DNA of 64,000 nt from Octopus vulgaris (taxonomy: Eukaryota): the NCBI GenBank assembly GCA_951406725.2, contig OX597815.1, forward strand, positions 127,348,001-127,412,000, written 5' to 3'. Positions 1 to 11,333 of this stretch are shown piece after piece. The notes beneath the pieces were generated by a model. The model worked only from the letters and a program-made list of their open reading frames with translations. It had not been told where the DNA came from and ran no database searches. The first letter of the stretch is position 1, and each line of letters begins with the position of its first letter. The position numbers and the translations under genes are program-made.

Positions 1-49
1 GGGTGTTGTATCAAGTGCACCAATTATCACAGGACCATTATTATTATTA

Positions 50-620
50 TTTAAGATGTCACACATTATCCAATATCGTTATGTTGTTGATTGAAGATAT
101 TGCATCTACTGGGGGTTTGTACTATCTCTCAAGTCACGACAAAGACCTCAGACAGGCAGTACTTTATGTAATATGTGTGCACTTCCAAGCAATGCCAATT
201 TTTGCAGTACACCAAGATTGTAGGGTAAAAGTTTCCAGATGTTTCTTCAGGTGAGGTGGTATTGAACCCAATGCTCTGATGACAATAGGGACAAACTTTA
301 TGCTGCCACATCTTGATGATTTCAATTCTCAGTCTCCATATTATCAATCTTTTCTCTTCTCTCATGATAATATGTTGATCTCTTGGCACTGCTGTGACAA
401 TTATTAGGCACTCTTGTTTGTTCATCCTAATGGTTACTTACTATATATCGGCTTCAGTGCTCTGACACCTTATTTGTCTAGAAGTCAAAGTCCCAGAGGA
501 TTTTGCTTTCCCCTTTTCGTCCATTACCTTTTCTGGTATATGTTGGTACAAAGCACCAATTACCTTGTATTCACATATCCAGCATAGTAATCAGTGAAGG
601 TTTCGGGCAACCGTGTGCCT
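50..620 (-). mobile_element. R4/Dong-type LINE, decayed 3' fragment (restriction-like endonuclease)
   Basis: KQECLIIVTAVPRD...EIIKMW and ALGSIP remnants; ends in (TAA)n on the minus strand. Confidence 0.7.
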
Positions 621-685
621 GTGCTTGTGCTCTTTTTGTGCAAGACTTTCACAAGCACTAACAATGTGAGTCACACTTTCGACCC

Positions 686-742
<57 letters not shown>

Positions 743-744
<2 letters not shown>

Positions 745-958
745 GGCAGCAAGCTGGCAGAATTGTTAGCACACTGCATGAAATGCTTAGCGGTATATTG
801 TCCATCGCTATAATCTGAGTTCAAATTCCACCAAGGTCAACTTTACCTTTCATCCTTTGAGGGTTAATAAAATAAGTGCCAGTTGAACACTGGAGTGAAT
901 TTAATTGACTCATCCCCTACCCTAAAGTTGCTGCCCTTGTGGTAAAATCTGAAACTAT
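743..958 (+). mobile_element. tRNA-derived SINE (MetaSINE-like central domain) embedded in (TTA)n
   Basis: A-box-like tggcagaattgttag, B-box gagttcaaattcc, central cctttcatcctttgaggg..ataaaataagt; many reverse copies elsewhere in the window. Confidence 0.7.
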
Positions 959-2157
959 TGTTATTATCATTATTATTACTAGGGTACCCATTAAATGATG
1001 TGTAGTTTAATGTCCTATTTTTTCTCATGCATACCCAAAAGTAATTGAAAGTATCAATAACCAGTTTTACATATATTTACTTAAATCTATTTCTAATCTG
1101 TGAGAATTTGCATATTGAGATAGAAATTCTTCTCTTCTTTCCTGTGATAAATTCTCTTGGGCTGTGTAGTGTTGTTGAGCATCTTGATGTAGAATTACTT
1201 CTCTTCTTTCATTGCTGTCAAAGACATCAACAGATATCTTTATCAGAGACTGTATGATCACAGAAAGGAAATTTGATAGCTTGTAGTTGCTGAAAATATT
1301 AACTTTGGAAACTAGTCTGATTGGAAGTCCATAAACAGGATCCAAGATGGGTTTTTGTCTACCCTAAGTTCACATACTGCCAGTAAGTCGTTGTTTGTGA
1401 CCTGGAATTCATTTATTCTCTATCATCTTAGTTGGAAAATGTTGCATCAAATACCATGTGTGCATTAAAGAATGTTTTCTGTTTTTTCATAATCTTGAGT
1501 TGTTAGCTCTTTCATATTACTGATGTGGGGCAGCATTGACTGAACAGTTTCAAAAACTGTCTACACATATTCAACCAGACTTGACTGTGGGAAAACACAC
1601 TACATATCTATTTTTAATATGCTATCTCAGACTGATTTCTGAGTCTCATATCAGGTTGGTGGATGTCCTATGCATTTTATAATCTGTATTGTCATAGAAT
1701 CTGTTCAAGCTTTATTTTAGCCAAAGTAAATTCTGCTTCTATTTCTTCATCTGTGTAGATTCTTTTATTAAAAGGATGGTTAATGTGATATATGCATTTC
1801 ATATATGATTTGTTAGAGGGGTTGCTGAAGAATTTTTGCAGATTATTATTGTTGTCATCTGTATCAGTAATCCGGTTAGAAACAGCTGTTGTTACCACAA
1901 GCTGTATATACCACGATCCATGTGTGTGTGTGTGTGAGTGTGTCAGTGTATGCATGTGTGTGTTTGTGTGTGTATGTGATTGTGTGTGAGTGTATGTGTG
2001 TGTGTTTGATTGTGTGTGTATGTATGTGTATGTGTTTGTGGTGTGTATGTGTACCTGTGTGTGTGTATATGTATATCAATATATTTGCACATATGTATGT
2101 GCGTGCATGTGTGTGTGTGTGTGTGTGTGTCCATGTATATATTATTGATTACCAGCT

Positions 2158-3762
2158 TTATAGTCAGCTGCTACAAGAGTAAGGCAGATGCCTTAGAAGT
2201 AATTACAGAGGCATCAAATTGCTGGACCAGGTCATGAAAGTGATGAAAAGAGTAATAGCCCAGTTAATTATGAGCAGAATCAGATTAGACAAAATATAGT
2301 TTGACTTTGTATTGGAGAGAAGCAATACTGACGCTAGCTTTACAGTTAGATAGCTGCAGGAGAAGTATTAGGCCAAGAATAAACTATGGCACTTGGCATT
2401 TGTTGACTTCGAGAAAGCTTTTGACAGAGTACCCGACAGTGTGATATGGTGGGCCCTGAGGAAGTCAGGAGTAGATGAATAGATTGTGAAAGCCATACAA
2501 GCCATGTATAGAAATGCTGTCAATAAGGTGAGAGTTAACCAAGAGTATAGTAATGAATTTAGGGTAGAGGTAGGTGTTCAACAGGGATCAGTTCTCAGTC
2601 CCCTCCTATTCATCATCGTCCTCAAAGCCATAACAGACGAATTCAAGACAGATTGCTCCTGGGAATATATATACTGATGAGCTTGCCCTTATAGCAGATT
2701 CTATAACAGAACTAAAAAAAGAAATTCCTAGTGTGGAAGCAACACCTGGAATCTAAGGAAACACTAAGATTCTAGTATGCAAAAAAATGGACAGAAGACT
2801 TCCTCCATCAGATAAATGGCCCTGCTCAATATGTAGAATATGTGTAGACAAGAATTCCATACAATGTACCCAGTGCAAGTTATGGAACACAAGTGAAATG
2901 ATAGAAAGATTATTAGAGGAGGTAGTGTGTGTATGTGGAAGATGTACAAGAACCACTCAGGTTATCAATTTTCTCAAATACACCAGAGGTAGTGGGTAAT
3001 TTCTGCTACCTAGGAGTACTAATTAGTTGTGAGGGAGGATGTAAGGAAACTGTAATTTCAAGAATAAGAATAGGATGAGAAAATTCAGGGAGCTTTTACC
3101 TCTGTTGGCAATCAAAGGTCTCTTTCTCTGTGAGAATTGAAAATTGCATGATGCATGTATACAAACAGCAATGCTTCCTGGTAGTGAGATGTGGGCCCTG
3201 AATGCAGATATGTGATGGCTAGAGAGGAATGAAGCTATAAGCTTTACTGGATGCATAATGTCAGTGTATGTGAGTGACAGAGCACAAGTGCTTTGAGGGA
3301 AAAGTTGGGCATAAGAAGAATATATTCAGTGTGTGAGGGAAAAGAGTGCACTTGTTTGGTCATATGATGTGTATGGATGTAGGCAGTTGCCTACACTTAA
3401 AGTGGAAGGAACTTGTGGAAGAGAAAGACCCAGGAAGATGCAAGACAAAGATACAGACCCTTACAAAAAAGATGTTTATGGACAAAAGATATCTCACACT
3501 TTGCTGTACTTCAGAAGACCTCTTTGCCACAGCAGAATTGGTACTGGTGCTATTGTCACATAAAAAGCATTCATGCTGATGCCATGTTAAAAGCACCCAG
3601 TACACTCTATGGAATGTACTGGGTGCTTTTAGGAAAGTCATCCAACTGTAGAAACCATGCCAGAACATACGATGGAGCCTGGTGCAGCCCCTGGCCTTAC
3701 CAGCTTCAATCAAACCGCTCGACCCATGCCTGCATGGAAAATGGGTTTCAAATGATGATGAT
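2158..3762 (+). mobile_element. RTE-clade LINE, 5'-truncated and decayed
   Basis: AFVDFEKAFDRVP, GVQQGSVLSPLLF, WPCSIC; 3' tail atgatgatg. Confidence 0.85.
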
Positions 3763-3804
3763 ATATATATATATACATATGTATATATATATATATATAT
3801 ATAT

Positions 3805-4097
3805 CACGTGATCACGTGACCGACCAGACCATCAGATGTTGCTACACATCGCTGGTCAAAATGCATTCGCATTGTTTTAGCCTTCAAATGACGCCACCCC
3901 GCTGGCTAAGCAAGCAGGCCAATGGAAGAAAGAGTGAGAGAAAGAGTACAGCAGGGATCACCACCCCTTGCCAGAGCCTCATGGAGCTTTAAGGTGTTTT
4001 CGCTCAATAAACACGCACAACGCCCGGTCTGGGAATCGAAACCGCGGTCCTACGACCGCGAGTTCACTGCCCTAACCACTAGGCCATTGCGCCTCCA
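3805..4097 (-). mobile_element. tRNA-derived SINE between (TA)n tracts
   Basis: Reverse strand ggcgcaatggcctagtggttaggg (A box) and ggtttcgattccc (B box), followed by a unique body. Confidence 0.75.
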
Positions 4098-4121
4098 CAT
4101 ATAGATGTATATATATATATG

Positions 4122-4229
<108 letters not shown>

Positions 4230-4335
4230 ATAAATAAATAAAAATATAGGGGCAGCAAAAAATTCTAGAAAAAAATTTTCCACTTCCAGCGGTCTAGTGA
4301 GAGAGAAAAAAATAGTCAAAGACTATATAATATAC

Positions 4336-4738
4336 ATTCAACAATATAAGGAATGGCCATATAGGACATTCGACTCACTAGAAAGAGCAGCCAAAACTCA
4401 TACTGCTAAATAGTTGTAATTCTGAAATAGAAAGAGAAATAAAAACGTTTACCCCTTTCATCTCTGGACTATGCATAGTTTGGCAAAACTTTGGCAAATG
4501 AATTCATTAAATTAAATTAAATTCATTTACATCTGGCGTGCTTCAGATGTAAATGAATTTAATTTAATTTAATTAATACATTTGCCAAAGTTTTGCCGAA
4601 ACTATGCATAGTCCAGAGATGAAAGGGGTAAACGTTTTTATTTCTCTTTCTATTTCAGAATTACAACTATTTAGCGGTATGAGTTTTGGCTGCTCTTTCT
4701 AGTGAGTCGAATGTCCTATATGCCCATTCCTTATATTG

Positions 4739-4744
<6 letters not shown>
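4336..4744. repeat. Near-perfect palindrome (foldback), about 200 bp arms with an 8 nt loop
   Basis: 4336-4535 is the reverse complement of 4544-4744 with few mismatches. Confidence 0.95.
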
Positions 4745-4790
<46 letters not shown>

Positions 4791-5070
4791 TTCCTTTTAT
4801 TCTTTCATTTGTTTCATTCATTTGACTGCGGCTATGCTGGAGTACCGCCTTTAGTTGAACAAATTGACCTCAGGATTTATTCTTTGTAAGCCTAGTACTT
4901 ATGCTGTCAGGCTCTTTTGCCAACATCGGTTGTCAAGCATTGGTGGCAGAGACAAACAGACACACAAATACATACATACATACATATATATATATGGCGG
5001 TGCCCCAGCATGGCCACAGCTCATTAGCTGAAACTGGAAAAATCAAAATCAAATATATATATATATATAT

Positions 5071-5266
5071 TATATAATTAGGGCTTAGTAAAATAAATTA
5101 CTTTGCCACATACTGAACTTAGTAGAAATAGCAGCCAAAAAAAAAAAAAATTTTCTTAGCATTTCTACTACTTAAAGAAAATTTCTCTCAGATAATGTTT
5201 ACTCCAGACAGCTCACAGCTCACAGTTCAGTATGTGGCAAAGTAATTTATTTTACTAAGCCCTAAT

Positions 5267-5272
<6 letters not shown>
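5071..5272. mobile_element. MITE-like element with about 49 bp terminal inverted repeats, in (TA)n
   Basis: tatataattagggcttagtaaaataaattactttgccacatactgaact and its exact reverse complement. Confidence 0.75.
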
Positions 5273-5314
<42 letters not shown>

Positions 5315-5317
<3 letters not shown>

Positions 5318-5468
5318 TGATGGGCTTCTTTCAGTTTTTGCCAACCAAATCCACTCACAAGGCTTTGGTTGACCAGAGGCTATAGTAGAAGGCACTTTCC
5401 CAAGGTGCCATGCAGTAGGACCGAACCCAGAACCATGTGCAAGCTTCTTACACACCCACTCCTGCACC
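5315..5468 (-). mobile_element. tRNA/CORE-like SINE; a related copy lies at about 63385-63532 (+)
   Basis: gggttcggtcc B box, accttgggaaaagtgcctt CORE-like segment, shared ccttgtgagt...gaagcccat end. Confidence 0.65.
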
Positions 5469-5482
5469 TATAAAATAAATTG

Positions 5483-5555
5483 CACACTCTTGAGGATTCG
5501 AACTCAGAATCTTCTGATCCATAGTCAGACACATTATCCATTGTACTACAAAACC
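5483..5555 (-). pseudogene. Decayed tRNA-Arg(ACG) copy; anticodon now reads ATG
   Basis: ggttttgtagtacaatggataatgtgtctgactatggatcagaagattctgagttcgaatcctcaagagtgtg resembles metazoan tRNA-Arg(ACG) with CpG-type transitions; acceptor stem disrupted. Confidence 0.75.
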
Positions 5556-5558
5556 TAT

Positions 5559-6972
5559 CAGTGGGGGGAAATAATTATTCGTTCATGTCAAAATTCTTTA
5601 TTTATTTAATTTATAATGAACATAAATGGGATATACCAATACTATATATGCATACACATGCATAAACTAAGAATATGCAAAAGAAACTAATAAATTATAG
5701 TAACTAATGAATTTATATACAATTATAAATATTTAGGGGTGAAAAAAGTATTCGTACAGAATAAATTTATGATTTTCTATGCCAATAATTATTTTTTACT
5801 AGAACTTCCTTGTTTGTTCCAAAAATCTTATCAGTTGTCATTTTTAAGTGTCAAAACACTAGCTTCTTCTTTCAGCATTGAGACAACATAAAGAAGTATC
5901 GTAATAATGGCGAAAAGTAAAGAACTCACAAATTTAGTGATAACTTAATTATTGAACAGTGGAAAGCAGGTAAAAGTTACAGGAAAATATCAGAGACCCT
6001 TGGTATTCCATTTTCTACCATATCTTCATTTATTCAAAGATATAAAAAAAAATCGAGAACTGTTGAAAACAGAATAAGATCCAGTGCACCACGCAAGATT
6101 TCCCCTTTAAGAAAAATGAAGCGAAGAATCAGAAAAAATGCAATGATCATCAAAAAGGAGTTGCAAGAAGATTTGTTAGCTTCAGGGACTAGTGTTACAC
6201 TTTGAACAATCAGCAATGAATTTCATAGGAATGAACTGAAATCACGCTCTCCTAGAAAAACTCCACTGTTGACTAAAAGGCATAGAGATGCCCATTTAAA
6301 ATTTGTTTATGAACATAAAGATAAATCTGATACATTCTGGGAAAATGTTCTATGGACAGACGAGTCGAAAATTGAATTGCTTGGACAAAATTCGCGTAGC
6401 CATGTTTGGAGGAAAGATGGTACTGCCTATTTGCTGAAAAACACAATTCCTACTGTAAAGTTTGGAGGTGGCAACATCATGGTGTGGGGGTGTTTCTCTG
6501 CAAATGGTACTGGCAATTTACATATGATAGATGGTAGAATGAATGCAGAGATGTACCAAAATATTTTGAACAATGATTTATGGCATTATTTGAAAATTAG
6601 AATTCATTCAAGAGCCCCAATGTGCATTGCAGATTTGAAAAAAATTTGTCAAGAAAAATGGGAAAAAAATTCCTAAAGAAACATGCAAGTCATTGATTAA
6701 GAACTACAAGAAGAGATTGGTTGAAGTGGAACTGAATAATGGTTATGCTACGAAGTATTAAATTAGAATCAGTAGTTCTGTACGAATACTTTTTTCACCC
6801 CTAAATATTTATAATTGAATATAAATTCCTTACTATAATTTATTAGTTTCTTTTGCGTATTCTTAGTTTATGCATGTGTAAGCAAATATAGTATTGGTAT
6901 ATCCCATTTATGTTCATTAGAAATTAAATAAATAAAGAATTTTGACATGTACGAATATTTATTTCCCACTAC

Positions 6973-6974
<2 letters not shown>
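5559..6974 (+). mobile_element. Tc1-family DNA transposon with about 200 bp IR/DR termini; transposase pseudogene about 5907-6761
   Basis: CAGT...ACTG termini, arms 5559-5761 and 6776-6974; VLWTDESK, TVKFGGGNIMVWGCF, GYATKY*; frameshifts, stops and an internal deletion. Confidence 0.92.
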
Positions 6975-7010
<36 letters not shown>

Positions 7011-7011
<1 letters not shown>

Positions 7012-7775
7012 TAGATGACATACCCGGTAATTCCTGGGAGAGTGGGGCTTATCCCTTGGTTTCATTCTCATAATTGTTTCACTAATCCAATAACAATACA
7101 AAGTATGTAGCCCTTAAAATGGTTTTTGTGCATTAATTGAGAATACCAAACTGTCTTACACAGGATCTTGTTTTTAGGAATTCCCAATGAATTATGAATA
7201 CCCAAATTGTGAAGTCAGTTACATAATAACCTGAAATTAGTTACCCGATAAAAAGAATTCAAATAAAGTAGCACTGAAAAGGTTTTTAATGCATTCCCAG
7301 AGTATATAGAACATAGGAGGAAATACTAATAAGGTATGTATGCTAAAATCGTAAAGCATGTTACGTAATAAGAGGCTAATGAGGTATGAGATAATAACAG
7401 TTCAAAGTAAGTAACTCTGAAAAGAGCTTTTGTGTGTTCCCAGAGAATATTACCCTCAGGGGTGGTAGTATTGGTATATTCGTGAATAAGTCACTAACCG
7501 AAATAGTGAATCAATTGTTTAGGAAAATATTATTTACTTGTTTAAGGGTTGCACTGGATAAATTGCGAAAATAACTCTAGCAGTTCAAATATTAAGGAAT
7601 AAGCATATTCAATATCATTTTTACCAAATAATTTAGGAAAATGAATAGGTTATTTCCCTTGGCTATATATAAGGATCTCTTCCAGGGGCGAATGGGTTAT
7701 TTCCCTTGGTTTTTAAAATAAAATATATTAGATATATATAAGGATCCCTTCCAGTGGCCCTATTATCGACTTTTT
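7011..7775 (-). mobile_element. Possible non-autonomous Helitron-like element (only the 3' end recognised)
   Basis: Minus strand ends ...cccaggaattaccggg-tatgtcat-CTAG|T, an imperfect hairpin 8 nt before CTAG; other boundary uncertain. Confidence 0.4.
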
Positions 7776-7984
7776 TCAACAATCTGTGTATGCCATGAGG
7801 TTCTTAAACAGGAGTTCTACTAATGAGTCAAGTTTCATCAAAATCAATAAAACGATGTAGGAGGAGTTAGCTAACAACTCCACAAACACACCCACAGATA
7901 GAATTTCACACATATGTAGTAGATAAACAGCAGTTTGCAATGTTTCACCAAAAAGGAGAATTATAATTGTCACTAAATTTCACT

Positions 7985-8400
7985 AAGGTATGAGAAAACG
8001 TTGCTAGAAATAAGAGCTAAGATGCTGTAATGCAGTAGTCAATACACATAAATGAAAACATGTGTGCTAATAGGGGTCTTAATCATCTGAAAAGTGCTGA
8101 CCGAGAATTTCCTAAACTGACATCAGTTTCACAATTTCCATTTTCCTCCTTAATAGGGACTGGCTTGAACATTTGGCTCCTTTTGGCTAGCTTCCCAATT
8201 AGCATAAATGTTTGTGTTTGCCTATAGAAGAGGCAAGTGGAGATTGCCACAACTGATGTCAGTATAGGTAATACTTGTTAAGCACTTTTCAGATATTAAG
8301 GTCCCTGTTAGCATAAATGTTTTCCTTTATGTTCATTGACTACAGCATTAGAGCATTTTAGTTCTCATTTCTAGCAATGTAGGTGTTTTCTTATATCCTA
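7985..8400. repeat. Old diverged inverted repeat (foldback/MITE relic)
   Basis: ttgctagaaat..tctgaaaagtgct..actgacatcagtt mirrored by aactgatgtcagt..agcacttttcaga..atttctagcaa. Confidence 0.7.
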
Positions 8401-8605
8401 GTCATACGTAGGTGTCCATGTATATCATTGGTGATTTTCTTCCTCCAGCTTCCTTTCTACTGGACTTTCCTCTGTTTCTGAAGAAGAGCATTGCTCGAAA
8501 TATTAAACCACCTTTCTTTCCTTCCCTGAGCGTCTGCTAATACTTTACATGTACCACATCCTTGTGTAGTTGTTTTTTTTGTGTTTGTTCTTTTTTTGGA
8601 TTTAC

Positions 8606-8680
<75 letters not shown>

Positions 8681-8717
8681 GTATATATATGCATATACAT
8701 GTAAATATATGTATATA

Positions 8718-9495
8718 TCATCATCATCATCATCATTGTTTAACGTCCGTTTTCCATGCTAGCATGTGTTGGACAGTTCAACTAGGGTCTGGGAAGCCAG
8801 AAGGCTGCGCCAGGCTCAGGTATGTATACTAAAATCGTGAAGCATGTTACATAATAAGAGGCTAATGAGGTATGAGATAATAACAGTTCAAAGTAAATAA
8901 CTCTGAAAAGGGCTTTTGTGTGTTCCCAGAGAATATTACCCTCAGGGGTGGTAGTATTGGTATATTCGTGAATAAGTCACTAACTGAAATAGTGAATCAA
9001 TTGTTTAGGAAAATATTATTTACTTGTTTAAGGGTTGCACTGGATAAATTGCGAAAATAACTCTAGCAGTTCCTCAGTGTCTGATCTGGCAGTGTTTCTA
9101 CAGCTGGATGCCCTTCCTAACGCCAACCACTCCGTGAGTGTAGTGGGTGCTTTTTACGTGCCACCTGCACAGGTGCCAGATGAGGCTGGCAATGCCCACA
9201 ATCGGATGGTGCTTTTTACATGCCACTGGCGTGGAGGCCAGTTGGGGCGGCGCTGACAACAGCCACATTCGTATGGTTTTCTTATGTGCCATTGGCACTG
9301 GTATCACAGCTACAATTCCTATTGATGTTGATCGATTTCGATTTTGATTTTGATTTTCACTTGCCTCAACAGGTCTTTACAAGTAGGGTTTGTGTCACAA
9401 GAAGAAAAGGTATGCATAAGTGGGCTGGCTACGTCCCAGGTAGAGGCCACGTGTGATGGTCTCACTTGTCCTGCCGGGTCTCCCACGCACAGCAT
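8718..9495 (-). mobile_element. RTE LINE 3' end with (GAT)n tail, interrupted by a 253 bp insertion
   Basis: Reverse complement of the 3' UTR at about 59300-59873; catcatcat tail at 8718-8736. Confidence 0.8.
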
Positions 9496-9518
9496 ATATA
9501 TGTGTGTGTGTGTGTATG

Positions 9519-9607
<89 letters not shown>

Positions 9608-9726
9608 TTATACATATATATATATATTTATACATATATATATATTTATATATATACATATATATATTTATACATATACATATACATATATATATACATA
9701 TAAATGTGTGTGTATATATACATATA

Positions 9727-9796
<70 letters not shown>

Positions 9797-9806
9797 TATA
9801 TATATA
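9495..9806. repeat. Compound (TG)n/(TA)n microsatellite, representative of many such tracts (e.g. 1920-2130, 4100-4222, 14065-14310, 39165-39310)
   Basis: Direct inspection. Confidence 0.95.
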
Positions 9807-11333
9807 TTGCTTTGTCTTGTAATAGTATTCATCTGGGAAGGGTTAAGCCAGCACCAATGCTGCAGCATTTTGGAGTCATTCCAGCTCCACCGACAAACGT
9901 CAAAGACTCAAAGACCAGAAAGAAGCTCTATATCTGCTTTGACTATTGTGAGCCATGTCTTCAGCTAACCACTTCTCCACTTACCCCAACCCAGGGGTGG
10001 ATCTGGTATTATTGGCCTCCAGACAAGCTCATTTACAGAGTGCCACAATGTGTGACCAAACCATTGTAGTCTCATTGTCAAATGAGTTCTCTCAAGAGGT
10101 GAGAGACTGTAGTGAGCATAAAGTTTTCACTTCAAAGCATAGTGTGCGATTCAGTCAGAGAAGACAATGAATACAGAAGCAATTGAACCTCCAGCTTATG
10201 GAGATCAGTAATACGCATTGGCCAGGTCTCAAAACCATAGAGGAGAGAACTGTTCGGACAAGTACCTGGTAAATACAGCATTTCATTACAAGGCTCTCCT
10301 GATACAACCACATGCACTTATGGAGGAGGCAGAAAGTCGACTGTGTGCAACTGATTCAAATGTAGATCTCATCCTTCCCATAGCCAGTGGCTGGCTGTAA
10401 AAGGTGATCTGATACATTTGAACTCCTCCACCTCCTTCGCAGCCTCTCCATTAAGATGAATAGTGACCTTGAAGGAGGCAGGTATGTTGGTTGAGAGGAT
10501 CTTTGTTTTTGAGACATTGATCTTCATTCCAATTCTTGCAGCAGTGAGGTTTAACCCATCAAGTGCATGTTGGATGTTGCAATAGGACTCCCCAAGGATG
10601 GCAACATTGTCAGCATAGTCAAGAGAAATCACATCCTACTCTGGCACCAGAGAGACCATCTAGAGCTTGGTTGAGCATCCAATAGATGATGAAATTGAAA
10701 AGAGTGGACAATTGAACAAAACCCTGTGAACACCCATTTGAATGGTGAAGAACTCAAACTCCTCAACACCACACTCAATGGTTCCAACCATATGCCAACT
10801 TACGGCTCCACTCGAAAGCCCTTAGAAAGGTTATATCTTCCATCAAAGTGGATATGAACAGACTTCGGTGCCCTAAAGTAGGTACACATTTTCAGCTTGA
10901 GATAAGAAACAGATTCAATGGTCTCTCTATCCATGATCCAGAGATGACGGTCACTGGGCACTGGCTCTCCTTTAAAAGCAATGTTCAAGTAGTTGCTCGA
11001 GATGAGCTAAGTTATTGATGGTGCCAATAAAAGGACTAGATTTCCTAGTACACCATCTCACTTGTCAAGAAGATATCCAATTTACAAATTAGTGGAGGTC
11101 TGAGATATTGTGTGCTCAGACAACATACTAATTGCAAAGCTCATGCCAATCTTAATCAATACTGGTGCTTTGTTGTAACAGACACCAAAAAGGCTGGAGC
11201 AGAGGGCAACATCTATAAATTCTACCAGCTTCTTAAAAAATTACTACTAGAGGCTGTAGCGCTTAAGTGAAATGGTTTCAGATGAGCAAGGCAACATCTA
11301 ATCCAACTTAGTAGACAGTTCTTTGAAGAATTA

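Noticed and set aside
1000-1955. Minus-strand ORFs 1067..1345 and 1692..1955 as possible further cadherin exons or a separate gene
   Set aside because: No cadherin motifs, stops in all frames between them, and no family I can recognise; may be an old element relic
9319-9968. Many overlapping ORFs rich in YI, CV or HT, and poly-L/I/Y/N/D ORFs elsewhere
   Set aside because: Stop-free translations of (TA)n, (TG)n, (AAT)n and (GAT)n microsatellites; not genes
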